A DNA stretch of 64,000 nucleotides from Eledone cirrhosa (GCA_964016885.1 OZ024741.1:157976001-158040000); one strand, 5' to 3'. Shown: positions 28,466 to 43,680, counted from the stretch's first letter. Notes: a model not told the origin generated them from the letters alone. Made by a program: numbers and translations.

Positions 28466-30924
28466 GGTGATATATATATATATATACATACATTGATTAT
28501 CAGCAACACTAGTTATTTATTTACCATATTCTCTCATGTATAATGCAAGAAATTTTGAACTAAAATAAACAAACTCATAAATAAATAAATCAGTAATAAA
28601 ATAAAAGCTAATGTGTATTTGTCCGTTACACACTAGAGATGACTGAGAAGAAAGGGATGATGACGTCAACTGAGAAAGGAAGGGGTGATGATGTCAATTG
28701 AGGAAGGAGGTGTGCATACACACTATGTGATGTCTGAGGAAAGAGAAGGGTGAGAAACTATAGAAGTCCAGCGTTCTAAGACTCGTCACAGCTGTGTATT
28801 TGTACCACTTGTGTGATACCAACCAACCAACAAAGCAACAAACAAACAAACAAATATCTCTTTTTATACTATGTATAGATATTACAATTAGCTGTCATTT
28901 TTCACTGCACGAGGCCAGCTAGTAAATATATAAATAAGCAAACAAATACACAAAGTAAAATATTGTTTGTTGAAAGACTTAACTTATGGGAAATATGCAA
29001 ATAGAGTATAAGACCTAATACAGAAATATTGAAAACACTGCTGATGTAGCTTCAGCTAAATACTAAGCAATTACTTAAACATGGACATAATGTTGTGTGC
29101 TGTGTACATTCCAACAGGAATCAAACTCATGACCTTACAATCATAAACTGTCACCCTAACCTCTAAGCTATACACTGTCACATGAATATATTAGAACTAT
29201 TCTGAATGTCAAATAATACTACATTTTTTTGTCTTCACTGCTGTATATACTTTTTCCTATAGTATTATGAATAGTTTGCTTTGCAATCAAAATGGTTGAA
29301 TTAAACCTAGTACATGACTGGTGCTTTATTTCATCGACTCCAGAAGGATGAAAGGCATAATTGAGCTTTGTAGGATTTGAATTTATAAAATAAAGAGCTG
29401 GAAAAAATACTGCAAAGCATTTTATTCGATGTTCTAACAAGTCTGTCAATCCACTGACCATTATGAAACCAATTATAAACAGAAATGATAGTGATTTCTT
29501 ACGTTGAAATGCCAATTTATTAAGTGAGATGCTGCAGACAACACGATTTATCAACACACACATACAAAGAAAAAAATGAATAAATATAAGAAGGAAAAAA
29601 AAGCAAGAAGGAAGAAATCAAGTGATTATCTCCAAAGCTTTAGGTATGGAGAATAAAGTCAGTGAGGCACGTACACAATCATATATTTCTTTCATAATTG
29701 AAACAAATGGATTAAATGAGGAGTAGATATCTATATGTCTGTCTGTATATCTGTTCTATCTTTCCATCTCTTTATCTGTTTCATCTGTCGATATTTTTAT
29801 TTTATATATATGTATATAGACACATATATCTCACTACCTTTCTCTCTCTCTATCTCTTTAAATATATATGTATGTGTGTGTGCGTATGTGTGTGCGTGTG
29901 TGTATGTATATGACTAGGGTACTAGGCAAGTTTTATTGAAATTAAAAGAAATCTTATTATACAATAGGGTCTCTAAGACATGTTTCAATGCAGTTATGCA
30001 ATCGACTACGGAAGCAGGATTATTATTCGGAGGAAACTGTTTCCTCCAAACATCTCTGATGAAATATAGATTTAAACTACGAAGTGCCAGATAGTGGATT
30101 ATGGATTATGTAATAATGAAGTATCAGCATGCTGAGAGAAAAACTGAGCATAAAAGAGATTAGATGCTGTGTGCAGGTATGGACATGTGATGTACATTGA
30201 GGATGACAGCTGCATGAAGAAATGCAAAGTGCTTGAAATCAATGGGATATGTGAAAGGAGAAAATGTGAGAAAACGTAGATTGGTGAAGGCTGAACCTAA
30301 TGAAGTAAATGACCCAGAATTGAGTTAACTGGTGACATGCTGTACTGCAGAAGATTTATATTCCCATGCAAGTAGGATAAAATGGATGCAGAGAGGATGG
30401 CTCCGACCAGCCTGTATGTTCCCAAATTCCTCACCTGTCCACCTCCTCTCAATTTAATCCCAAAGAAGCAGAGAGTTGGAACAATGTTCAGGTCTCTATA
30501 ATTAGTTTGAGTTGTCTAAAGTGGACTTATTTGGAGCTCTTTCTAGCACTTTTTAAGGCCTGTCCTATTATATCTGTCCTGTTAAACATCATTTTAACAC
30601 CATGTGGAAAACCTTTTCAAAAATTCTTCCTTGGGCAGATGACTAGTATTTTTGTGCAGTGTGAGATATATATAGCGAAAACCGAACCATACCGATAAAG
30701 GAAATCAAGGTCTTAGGATGCTTATTACCAAAATCGATAATTGGTGATTGATATTAATTACTGAGATTGAAGGTTTGCATCATCTTTTTAGGTTCCCAGA
30801 AACAGATCTGTCTATGAGATTGTATGCCATAATAACATCTTGTAATATGTATTTTTATTTACATATTATTTGTTCTGTGTATATATACAAAATCAGGTAA
30901 CAGAATGAGGTGTTCTGCTGTCAA

Positions 30925-31690
30925 AGGCCTTTTCTAGATCAACAAAAGCTAAATATAGCAGCATATTTTTGGAACTTCTCTTTTAGTTGTGTCACTAAGA
31001 AGAGGGCATCTATAGTACATTCCCACGTATAAAACTGAACTGCATCTTGTCTAATTTTCTCTTTTTCTAATTTAGCTGTACTAAAACTCTTTCTGTTACT
31101 TTTATAACTTGGTCCATTAGTTTTATTCATCTGTGGTTGCTCCTTTCTAGAGCATCACCTTTGTCTCTGTAGCAATTTATGATTGTACTGCTGCACCCAT
31201 CATTGGGTATGACTCTGCCCTGATTGACTATGCAGGTTACTAGTTTGACTTCTACTTCTTCTAATGCTTTTAGCATCTTGGCAACTATCTCTGACACCCC
31301 AACAGCTTTATTATTCTTAATCTCATTGATTGCTTCTTTCAATAGCTGGTCCTTCTTTTTGGTAAGTTAGAGATAGTCTGTCCTCCTCCCATTCATTCTC
31401 TACATTTATCAGCCTCCCATAGTAACATTTCCAAGCCTCTTTCTTTTGAGCATCACTAGCATCATTTCTAACACACATTTCCCTAACCACAACCCGATTC
31501 ACATTGGCATACTTCCTTGTAATGTGGAACACTTCATCTCCCTGATCCTCACATCACAAAACTTTCACAAACTTCTTTTAGCCTCTCTCTGAGCTGTGTG
31601 TACCTGCCATCTAGCTTCTCTCTCAGCTACCTGGTACTGGTCTTTGCTACCCCAATTTTTCCAATCGTTCCATACCTGTCTCTAGATGAA
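30925..31690 (-). mobile_element. Degenerate RTE LINE fragment
   Basis: KKEAWKCYYGRLINVENEWE, EIVAKMLKA, CYRDKGDALERSNHR, TIDALFLV. Confidence 0.8.
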
Positions 31691-31749
31691 GGTATAAATA
31701 CCCATAATCGTCTATATCAAATGTCCAAAATACCTAATTGTATGTATAT

Positions 31750-32220
31750 ATCATCATCATCATCGTTTAACATCCATTTTTCCATGCTCACACAGAACTG
31801 TTTTTGGCTTGGTTTCTACTGTTGGGTGCCCTTCCTGATGCCAACCACATTTACAGTGTGCGCTGGGTGCTTTTTATCGTGATTCCTACACAACCACTTT
31901 ACAGTGTGCACTGGGTGCTTTTTGTCGTGATTCCTACACAACCACTTTACAGTGTGGGCTGGGTGCTTTTTGCCATGTCACCATCACAACCACTTTACAG
32001 TGTGGGTTGGAGGCTTCACTAGATGTATGCTACAACCTGTCCTCATGAGAGATGTATGGGAGGGTGGGATAGGGATGCTACATACAATATATATGTATGC
32101 TTCAGCTTCAGCCTGTGCTCATGGGAAGGCAGGTCTTCAGTATTGCTGCATAATGCCAGAGACCCCTGTCCAGTGTCATCGTCTTTGAGAGGTGCAATTG
32201 AGTGAGGTCAGCTTTTAGCA
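31750..32220 (-). mobile_element. RTE 3' UTR with 4x 48-bp tandem module
   Basis: ttacagtgtg(c/g)gctgggtgcttttt...accact repeated with a ~48-bp period from 31851. Confidence 0.75.
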
Positions 32221-32223
32221 TAC

Positions 32224-32258
<35 letters not shown>

Positions 32259-32260
32259 TA

Positions 32261-32301
<41 letters not shown>

Positions 32302-33229
32302 CATCATCATCATCATCATCACATTAAAAATTATAGTCATTACTTTAATACTGTAAATGTCAATGATTGGTTCACTAGTAAATGTTCTATAAACATTTAA
32401 ATCATCAAACCAGTTTTAGATATTTTCTGCTAAATCATTACAAGATGTTAGTTAAAATGAAAAGAAAGAAAAACATCATATATTACAATATAATTTATTC
32501 TTTTACTTATTTACTGGTTTCAGCCATTAGACTGTGGCCATGTTGAGGGACTATCTTGAAGTCTATCACGAAATAGCAAAAGGTTTGGGAACAACTGGTG
32601 AAGTTTTCACCTCCATTCCTAACAATCTACACATTCTTGGGTTGATTGGTTCATAAAAATTAGTGACTGTGAGATTTATCCCAAAAATTTGAAGAAGAAG
32701 AAGTAGTAGTAGTAGTAGCAGCAGCAGCAGCAGCAGCAGAAGAAGAAGAAGAAGAAGAAGAAGAAGAAGAAGAAGAAGAAGAAGAAGAAGAAAACACTTT
32801 AAAATAGTTTTACATCATTGAACCAAGGGTGATTTCAGATAGTTTGGTATGAAAAGGGTTAAGCTAGTGTTTCAAACATAACAAAAAATCTTTATATAGA
32901 TAAATATAGACACTTTAAAATGAACAGTTTTCTATGGTAGAACCAGGGGCTGTTTCAGATGGTTGACATTTAGCTTAGTCTAGGTTACATGGAATAAACA
33001 CTAGTCTAGAATTTTCATCTCCATTCCTTACAGCCTACACAATATTGGGTTAGTTGGTTCATAATAATTAATGGTTGTGAGATTTAATATATAAGACAGC
33101 TTAGCTTTGGTTTCATGGAATATACACTGCATTTCTTTCACTGTCTTATAACTGTAACGAAGTGGTTGACTGCTTAGTTAGTTGGTTGTAAGAGTTGGGA
33201 ATAGAGAGAAAAGGAAAGAGAAGAAAATA

Positions 33230-33369
33230 TAAAGTGTTGAGAGAGAGAGATAGTTAGACTAACAAAGAAGAGAGAGAGAGAGATGGTTAGACAAAGAAGA
33301 GAGAGAGAGAGAGACAGAGAGAGTCAGAGAGAGACAGATGGTTAGACAAACAAAAGAGAGAGAGAGAGT

Positions 33370-33434
<65 letters not shown>

Positions 33435-33600
33435 TTAGACAAACAAAGAAGAGAGATAGATGATTAGATTAACAAATAAAAGAGACAGACAGAGAGAGAG
33501 AGAGACAGAGATGGTTAGATTAACAAAGGAGAGAGAGACAGAGATGGTTAGAAAAAACAAAGAAGAGAGAGAGAGAGAAAGGCAGAGACAGTTATACAAT
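33230..33600. repeat. (AG)n microsatellite with recurrent atggttagacaaacaaagaag unit
   Basis: Direct reading. Confidence 0.85.
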
Positions 33601-36032
33601 GAGGACAGAGAGAATGATAGAAAGGAAGAAGAAATATAAATGTATTGTGTGGGTATGTGTTTGGTGCCTTAGGTGTTTTTCCCAATGTCTTTTACATCAT
33701 TTGTTCTGAAGCAGCCAGCCACCCACCTACGCCCTACGTCACTGGCCACTCACTGCATCTGTATATCTAATTTATAATGATCACGTCTTCTAGCCATTTG
33801 ATTAAATGCAAAATGAAAAACGGAAAATTATAATCAGGTGAAAATATATTATATTGTGGGTGAGAGTAAGAACATGAGGAATGGAAAAGAAAGTAGGAGG
33901 GGATTAAAGGGGATGGACTAGAGATGTTGTCCAATATAGCTTCGCACCAGTGTCATTGCAACTCATATATACACTATATATACATTATATACATACACTA
34001 GGTAAACTATATAAGGTGTTAAGTTACATACTAATACAACTTGGCACTAATGTCATTATACCTCATTTTTCCCAGTTGAGGGGGGCCCCAAGCAATGTAA
34101 AATAAAGTGTCTTGCTCAAGAATTCAATGTGCTGCCTTGTCAAGAAATTGAACTTGCAATCTCATGATCATGAGCCCAGCACCCTAGCCACTAAGATACA
34201 CCAGCTGTCATGGAAATTGTCAGACAAATTAGATAATATAGTGCTAGTTGATGCATGAGAGAACAGATGGTCATGGCTAGACAAAGTCTTTGATGATAGG
34301 TCTGCTGAATTAGGACTTACTTGGGCTCGTAACAACAGCCATATTTCTATTTACCACATAATTGTTTAATTAACTAATTTTTTTTTATTTATGTATCCTC
34401 TGTTTATTATATAATCTTGTTATATACATTTCAAAACATCAAAGTGATTGCATAATAAGCCTTTGACGTGTTTTCATCAGACAGGTGTTTAGTGAAAAAA
34501 GAGAAAAAGAAAAAAAAATAGCAAGGGGGAGGGAATGGCAAGAAGTCTAGTATCACAGACGAATGGAGAGGGGGAAGGGGGACGATAATTGGGCTCTGCA
34601 CCTAGGATGCGGCGGTAGAGGGGCTGCACCCCGCAGACAAGACCGCAAAAGCATTCCCGCGGACAATAGCTAGCAACACTTGCTGCAACAGCCACCTCGC
34701 CTCACATAGCTCCTTCCTTGGATGGGCGCCAGCGTTCCGATCTTCTGGATAGCTCAACTACATGGAGTCCAAGATTGTATTTCATTTTCCATATAACTGA
34801 TTTCACTTTTCCTATATAATTAGCAGCTTGTCCAACATAAGACATGTAAAATCCAATGTTATCTTATTTAATGACCAAACTCAGGGACATTACATTACCC
34901 AAATGATACTTTCTTCAATTAATCCTTTTATTACCATATTCCTAATGAAAAACACAACCTAAGATTTTCAAATACTTTTCAAAATAATTAAGAATTTTGG
35001 GGAATTTAGTAATATAACTTCTTCATTAATAAGCTGGTATAAAATTATGATGGAAGGTTATTGGATATACATAAACGACAAAAAAGCACCCAGTCCACAC
35101 TGTAAAGGGATCATGTAGATGCCACGGTAAAAAAAGCACCCAGTACTCACTGTAAATGAGGTTGGTGTTAGGAAGGGCATCCAGCTGTAGAAATCAAGTC
35201 AAAATCAGACACAGTCACCTGACCTGGCATTGCTCACAACAGAACAACCCGTCTAACCCATGCTAGAGTGGAAGAATGGACGTAAAACGGTGATGATGAT
35301 GATGATGATGATGATGATAAACACTTTAACCATGTTGTCACTTTATTTCTAATGAAAGACACTGCCTATAGTTTTCAAATAATTTTTTTTAATAATCAAG
35401 AAAATAAAGGGAATCAGTAATATAAACTTTTTCCTTATAAATCTGGTGTGAGGGAAGTAAGCTGGCATAACTGCCTTAACATTAGATAAGATGCTTTGCT
35501 GTGTTTGTTTTGGCTCTTTCTGTCCTAAATTCAAATCCTGCTGAGGCCAACTTTGCCTTTCATCTTTCCTGACATCAATAAAATAATGTACCAGTCAAAT
35601 ACTGGGTCGATGTTATTTACTCCCCACCTACACACACAAAAAAATAAATAGGTAATTGCTAGCCTAATGCCTAAATTAGAAACCATTATTAAGTTGGTGT
35701 TTGGAACATAACAAAAATAAAATTATGATAGAAATTCTTTAAATAAATATAAACATTTTAAAATATCATAGAACCAGAGGGTGGTGTCCTCAAGCGATTT
35801 AATATCAAAAGGATTAATCTATATTACTCTGCTTTGGTCTATATATATATATATAATACTTAAATTATGGAATGGTATCATAGATATAATCTATTATACA
35901 TGAAACATTTATATTATTCATAAGATGATTTCCAGATAAACTATGGAACAAAATTGAAGTCAGAATTTAGTATAGATGCAATATGTAGCTTGTTTATGTT
36001 ATTCATAAGACAAATAACTTATCCCCTATATC

Positions 36033-36082
<50 letters not shown>

Positions 36083-36859
36083 CAGCTACCACTCCTCCCT
36101 CCACAGACCCTTTTCTGTTATATGCTCTCTCCACCCACCCCTTTTCCATTACTGCCTCTCTACACCCTGTAAAGGTCACAATGACATTTCCAATAGTAGT
36201 GTTGGTATCATAATAAAATGCACCCAGTACACTCTGTAAATGGTAGTGTCAGTGCCACAATACAATTTAACCAATGCACTGTGTAAAGTGGTAGTGCAAG
36301 TGCCATGATAAAATGTACCTGGTACACTCTATAAGGTAGTTGCTGTTAGGAAGGGCATCCAATTATAGAAATAATGCTGAAAATGGAAAGTAGATGTAAA
36401 ATGAAGATGAAAGTGATACTTTAATTAAATATGAAAAAATGAAATGAAATTTAAAGCCCACATCTACATAGGTTTAACTGGCCTCATAATGTTGCATCTT
36501 ATAGTTTTCTTGGGTATTTTAATGATAGGGACCCAAATCTTGTCAAGAAATGTAATTTGCTCAAAAAATGAACATGCTGAATCCATAAGTGTGAGTCCAA
36601 CACCATAACCACTAGGCGACACGCTTATATATATTGTTGATCTGCAGTTCATTGAGTCAGCTTTTTTACTTGGTTCACTCAAACTGTAAGTTCAAGTCTA
36701 GCCATATGCACTTTTCTCAGATATAGAAATAAGGATATATTACAGCGTATTATGATTTGTTAAAGTGTTACAATGTAGTTGTACCACAGTAGAATAATAT
36801 CATACATAGATTATGTCTTCAATAGAGTAGTGATGACAAATAAGGAGAAAGTGCATACA

Positions 36860-37800
36860 GTTATAAGGATGAAGGATGGGAATAGTGACATGTTTGAAGT
36901 GAAGGTTGGAGTGAATCAGGTGTCAGTATTAAGCCCACTACTATTTGTAGTTGTGATGGCGGTACTGTCTTGAAGTGAAAAGGAAGTTTTACTATGGGAG
37001 TTGCTGTATGCAGATGTCTTGGTATTAATGACAGAGAGTATGGATTGACAGAGGGAGAAGATGAAAAGATTGAAGGAATGAATAGAAGCAAAAGATATGA
37101 AAGTGAATTGTGGAAAGATAAAGATGAGGGAAGGGCCATGTGCAGGAGTGAACTCCATTAGATGTATGACATGCACTGGGTGGATAAATTAATAATGTAG
37201 TGGTGTGAAAGGATTATCAAATATTATGGCAGCTACATTTAAGTGTAATGTATAAATGTATAAATCAAGGGAGCTACAGATGGAGAGGTTGTTGAGCTGA
37301 ATCTTGAGAATGGTGTGGAAACGTTTTGTTACCTTGAAGACATGTTGAATGGGAAGGTGGATCAGATTCTGTGACAATATCTAGACTGAGATATGTGCAT
37401 GGAAGAAGTTCTGGGAACATATTAGTGTACTAATGAGGTGAGTAGTGTTGTTGAAACTGAAGGGATAGGTGTTTGTTGCATGTATGAAAAGTGCCATAAT
37501 TTATAGGAATGAAACATGGGTGATGAATGTGGAACAGCAGTGGAGGCTGGAAAGAATGGAAATGAGAATGGTTCAATGGCTGAATGAAGTATTGCTGAAT
37601 TGCAGAAATGATGGGAATAGAGCTTGTGATGAATGTTGTAAAGAGAAACGGAGTGAGGTGGTTAGGTGATGTATTGAAGAAGAATGAAAATGACTAGGTG
37701 AGAGGAATGATGTAAATAAATGTGGAAAGAAGTAGAGAAAAGAGAAGTACCAAAAAAGACATGGCTAAAGGTGATAGAGGAGGAAATAAAGCCAGAGATT
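36860..37800 (+). mobile_element. Old degenerate RTE LINE fragment
   Basis: FEVKVGVNQVSVLSPLLFVVVM, WELLYADVLV, NETWVMN, PKKTW. Confidence 0.75.
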
Positions 37801-37983
37801 TGGTGGGGAAGAATGCAGACAATAGAGAAAAATGGAGAAGTTTATCATGGGCCTTTAGCATTTATTGTTGTATTATGTCTTCAATTTCATTCCACACTTA
37901 AAATTGTTTACTTCTTTTTCTAAAGATAAAAATAATAGATAATAGCTCTGAAGATAAACCTCAGGTGATGAATGTATAAAGAA

Positions 37984-38305
37984 TCATCATCATCATTTTT
38001 TACATCCATTTTTCCACACTTCTATGAGTTGGACAGGTCCTTTTCACCACAACATTTTTCCACATATTGTGTTCCTTCATCATCTCCTCTGTGGGTCTCA
38101 AGGATTTGAGATCAGCTTTCATCACCTCCACCCTGGTCTTCCTTAGTTTACCTCTATTGTGGCTTAATACCACTGGAATTTCTTGGCATTTCTTCACCCA
38201 GTGATCATCATCCATGTGCATCACATGTCCATACCAACGCAGTTGTCTCTCTTGCACCCCACTTCAGATTCCTCTTAAACCCAGTTTCACCCTCAGTTCA
38301 TCGAA
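37984..38305 (-). mobile_element. RTE LINE 3' fragment
   Basis: [24 protein letters not shown] and (tga)n tail. Confidence 0.85.
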
Positions 38306-39154
38306 GAACGAGGCATGGTAGTTGTCAAAGATATTCTCTCCCAAGACTTCAACTTTAATACTACCTATATAGATTTTACACTACCTCAAGAATCAAATAC
38401 TTCAGAAAAATACAATCTAAAAAGAAATGATGTATTCAATGCATACATGGCTGTGGTTAAGGAGTTCAGTTTACAACCTCATGATTCCAGGTTCAGTCTC
38501 ACTGCATAGCTCCTTGTGCAATTGTATTTTACTATAGCCTCAGGTTGACTAATGCATTATGAGTAGAATTTGGTAGACAGAAACTGCTGAAGCTCATTGT
38601 AATCTTTGCTAAGGATGATATGTGAGTGTATCTGTGATTGTGTTTATGTCTCCTAATTTAGGGATTCAACAGAAACGGATCAATAGAATCCGTATCAAAC
38701 TTGAAATACATAAGTAATATATTCAGTCAAATCTGTTCATGGTGATGCCCTATTATGGCCAGTTTTATGTGGTCAATATGATCAAGGCAGTGCCCCAGCA
38801 TGGCCACAGTGTAATGACTGAAACCAGTAAAAGAGTACTGGGGTTGGCCACAGTTTGAAGTGAGTAAAAGAATAAATTTTTCTTTGTGAATATTTGATTT
38901 AAAGGCAGTCAATTTGGTTTAGTCTTTAAAGCTCATGATTACATTGGTACTTAAAATCTTAATGAAAGCATACTACCAAGTCATACTCAATTGTGAGTGA
39001 AATATGATTTAACAAGAATATTGAACTTTCTAGTTTTAGTAATTTATGAAATGGTCAAGCAATGAATGCTGAAGACAAACTATATACACCTTGTTTGGGG
39101 GGATGGCAGAGACTCAGAATCAATTCTTGATTATTTGGAGCCCCCAGCCCCAGG

Positions 39155-39320
39155 CAGTGCCGAATTTACCATTGTGCTTAGGTGTGCTTAAGCACAGGAC
39201 CCTGTTGGCCAGGTGCACCCATCTTCTTGCTCCAAAAATTGTTTACCTCCTTCAGGGCCCAAGTAAGGGGCCTCATAACTTAACTAGAACAGGGCTTCTT
39301 TTGTCATAAATCTGGCACTG
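39155..39320. mobile_element. Small MITE (hAT-like TIRs)
   Basis: CAGTGCCGAATTTA / TAAATCTGGCACTG imperfect TIRs. No clean TSD. Confidence 0.45.
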
Positions 39321-42300
39321 ACTACAAGGTTTTATTGCTTGCAACAGAGTGAACTCCATCTATGACAGCAAAAATCAAAGTGATAATATTAAGATGGGCA
39401 AGGAATTAAATCTAATCATCCAAGTGGGCTACAGCAGAATTTGGATTCAAAACATAAAGAGCTGGATCAAATACCATAAAGCATCCCACCTGATGTTCTA
39501 ACAATTCCTCTAATCTACCACCCTAAACTGGTGCTTTATTTTATCAACGCTGAAAACATTTTGTCCTATGGTCTAATGACAGCTTTGTAGAGTACATCTC
39601 TCTTTCTATCCTTATCTTTGCATTTCTTCTTTTAGCCTGACTTCATTTGTTAGTCTCTTTCTTTTCTGTTTTTTAAGTTCTCTCTCTCTCTCTCCCTCTC
39701 CCTCTCTAGCTCCTTAATCCCTCCTCCTCTTTCTTATGACTATTAACTATAAGGAACAGAAAATATTATACTTCTATGGTACTCTTCTGAGATTGGAAAG
39801 GGTTTATTTCCCTGATGCTCTTACTACTCCCTATTCCTGTGCATCCCTCATACTCATCAGTCTTGTAGGCCCTGAAAAGTTCCATAGGTCATGCTCTCAC
39901 CTCCCTGACTACACTCCCCATTCACTGTATTCAGACAGTGAAATTCTATTTGTCTGTATACACTTCATGCAGAGTGCTTCCTTCAAGCATTTTTGCCAAA
40001 CTCTTCATTGACACATATAATCAGTGAATTATTTCTTTTGCATTTCCTATATGTACGACCACTATATATGACCACTCTTAGTCTAGCTACACATACTGAG
40101 TGAATATGCTTTGCTAAGGAGATCTGATAAGATTGAAACATGCCTGTTGCTTTCACCCAGTTGACTTATAGACAGGTGTCTCTCTAATTGCATTATCTTA
40201 AATTATTCAAAAAGACTTGGATCAGCCTAAACTATACAACTTCTCTCCTTTGCTTATTTTCTATCATTTGAACAACACATAGGGAGATTTGGCTTTGAAT
40301 TTGCAAGGATAGTTTTTAGTTGATTGAAATATTTTTTTTTCTCCACTCACCATATTCAGACAGCAAGAATCTGTTTGCATGTAAACTCTTGCCAAAAGTT
40401 GATTTGTCTTTGAAATTTTTAACTTTTATTGTCCTGTTCAGCATGAAACCACATTAGCAAAGCATTCTTCAAAAGTACAAAACAGCACTATGACTGCATT
40501 ACATAAAAAATTAGTCTTTAATCTAATACTGCAAATTTTCACAATCCTCAGTCCAATAGTAAAGACACTATAAACATTTTAATCAACAACCTGGTTTTAG
40601 ATTTTTTTTTCTAAATAATTACAGGATGTAAAAGGTTAAATGGAAACAAAATTTACATTGAAAACCTTGGAATCCAATGATGATTAATTAAAGGGTGTTT
40701 TTATATGATTGTTTTTGGTGAATATTTCAAATTTTACAGTATGTATTTTATCTACATATCTATATATTTATTTATCCATCTTACTAAAAAAAAAAAATTG
40801 AAATTTACAGCTCACATATATACAGGTTTAGCTGGCTTCATTTCAGGTTATATCTCAGAGGAGTTTTTTTTTTATGTTTTAATGATAGGGCACCAGTCCT
40901 ATAAGTTAATATGAAATGAAGTGTTATGCTTAAGAGCACAATGTGCTGCCTAGTCCAGGGCTTGAATCCACAATTTAATTATCATCCAACACCCTAACCA
41001 GTAGGTCACATACTTTAGCACCACGACTATGTATTTATCCCCCTATCTATGTATTTAACAATTTCTGAGAAAAAAAAAAGCATGGTTCATACATTTTCTC
41101 TTCTTACCACACTTTTCTAAGATCTTTGATCTTTTTCTCTTTTTTTCTTTTAAAATAACTTCTCTTGGTACCATGCATTTTTCAGTATTAATTATTTCAT
41201 CTTTCTTTATCAGTTCATTACATCATATCTAATAAAATACACTCCATGATAAAATTAATTAGTGACAAATTTGGAGAGATTTACCAAAGTTATCAATTAT
41301 TTCATTACTGAGATAGTAACATAACATATGGTTCTTACATAAAACTATGTTAGAAGATTTTCATTTAAATAGGAATTCTTTAAAATGAGTTGTTTTATTT
41401 TATAGAACCATCATGTAAAATAATGATGATGATGATCATCATCATCATGATAGTAAGGATGTCATCCAGTTTTGAGTGCTATAATAGGATCTTGCCTCTT
41501 ATGGTCCACTGCCTCACTCACCAATTAACAGGCTTTGAAGATCCTCAGTACCTTCATATCTATAAAGCACAGTTTCATAGCTGGATGCCCTTCCTAATAC
41601 CAAGAACGTACTGGGTGCAAATTAATGTGACACTAAAACTACTACTTTATAGAGTGTAATGGGTGTATTTTATTGTGCATTTTATCATAGCACTAGAGAG
41701 GTTGCCATATGTTTGGTCAGGCTAAAGAGTCCTCTTTATCTTATATTGTCTTTGTTTGATCATGAACCACTTTATACTCTCCCTGAGGATTTTAAATAAC
41801 TTTGAGAATATGAATAAGATGGCTTGTCTTTAACTTCTAAAACAGTGATTCTCGACCTTTTTCTGCTTGTTCCACCATGACACCTCAGAATGTTTCATGC
41901 CTCCTTCTCAATATGAAAGCATGTTTGAAGTTAAAAAGATATAAAGCAAAATTTAGGAAAATTGGATACATTTATTGAACACCCTATCGATTTCAGTGGG
42001 AAATATATTTTTTTCTTTTTTGTTTTCATGTGCCATCAACTAATCTAACCTCAGACGTTCACAATCGACTTTTTTTCCATGAAAATGGAGTGGGTGGAGT
42101 TTGAAAATCATATTATTTGATAACAAAAACATCGTAGAGAAAACTCCAAGAAGTGTGAGGAGGGGGGGGGGTCCGTTTTATTATAATAATAATACTGAAA
42201 ATTGTTCCCCAACAATTAAAATACTCTATAAAATAGAAAGGTTAGAACAATGTTAGAGCATCAGACAAAATACCATGTGGTATTTGTTTCAGTTCTTTAC

Positions 42301-43419
42301 ACTCAAATCCTACTAAGGTCATCCTGGATCAGTAAAATAAAGTACCAGTCTAGCAATGGGGTTAATATCATCTACTTATCCATTTACAATATAAAAAAAA
42401 TTGTTAGCAATATGGCTATGTTAGAAACAATTATTAATTTTCAACAATTTCATGCATATCTCGACTGCACCCTTATGCACATCTGCTTCTGGTGTGTGTG
42501 TAACATTGTCTTTTAGGAGTGTTGAATTGAGTTTTTTGTTGTTAGGTTTGGCTGGTTGTTATTGATACTATTTTATTGTTTCCTCTCTTATGTAGACTTT
42601 GTGCAATGTGAGTTTTATTAATTTATTAGAGAGCAATGGAGTGGATTGGTAGTAGATCATCAGACACTGTGCTTTTCAGCATAGAGTTATGGCCATTTAC
42701 GTTCTGAGTTCAAATCCCACCGATGTTAACTTTACTTTTCATCCTTACAGGATCAATAAAATAAAGTACCAGTAATGCACTGGGGTAATTGCTGGCCTTG
42801 TGCCAAAAGTAAAAAGAATTAAGTTATTAGAGAGCAATAGTGCAGTGAATTATCATATTTATTAGAATCTCGGACCAAGTGCTTTGAGGGGTCGTTATGA
42901 CCCTTTATGTTTTGAGTTCAACTTTGCCTTTCATCCTTCCAAGATTGATAAAATAAAGTACCAGTAAAATACTAGGATCAATATAATCGACTTTCTTTTT
43001 CCACCCAAATTACTGACCTTACCCCAAAAGTGGTTTCTCAGAGGGTGTTGGATTGGCAGAATCAGTAGAGCACCAGACAACATGCTTTGCAACATATAGT
43101 TATGACCCTTTACATTCTCAGTTCAAATCCTGCCGAGGTTAGCTTTGCCTTTTGTCTTTACATGGTTAATAAAATAAAGTACTAGTAATGCACTGGGGTC
43201 AGTTTAATTGACTTTCCCCTTCCCTTCAAATTGTTGGCCTTATGCCTGAATCAGAAACCATTATTAATTATTATTGTGTCCTTCTAAATAAGGTATTTTT
43301 CATTTCACTCTGTAAGTTTGAGAATAATTGTTGTTTGTTTTCTCTTTTAGAGGGTATGTTATAGTTAATTTTTGTGTGCAGGTCCAGCTGGTGCTACTTG
43401 TGTGCCTGTAGAGTTTATC

Positions 43420-43680
43420 CAAAACCAGTAATGCTCCTACCTGCAACAGCTGTGCAGCTAGACCCCAAATCAGCAATGCTTCTCATTGTAACAACTGCAC
43501 AGCTAGGCCCCAAACCAGTAATATTTCTCACTGTAACAATTGCACAGCTAGACCCCAAATCAGCAATGCTTCTCATTGTAACAACTGCACAGCTAGGCCC
43601 CAAACCAGCAATATTTCTCACTGTAACAGCTACACAGCTAGGCCCCTAACCAGCAATGCTTCTCACTGCAACAGCAACAT
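43420..43680 (+). repeat. 45-bp minisatellite (~6 units, alternating A/B), open as a CxxC-repeat frame
   Basis: Unit gctag(a/g)ccccaaa(t/c)cag(c/t)aat..tctca(t/c)tgtaacaa(c/t)tgcaca. Confidence 0.85.

Noticed and set aside
30056-30062. Plus-strand CTGATGA as a hammerhead core
   Set aside because: No properly placed GAAA with stems II/III or stem I partner downstream.
31850-32010. CRISPR-like regularly spaced repeats (also 33230-33600 and 43420-43680)
   Set aside because: Contiguous tandem units without unique spacers, no cas genes, eukaryotic context.
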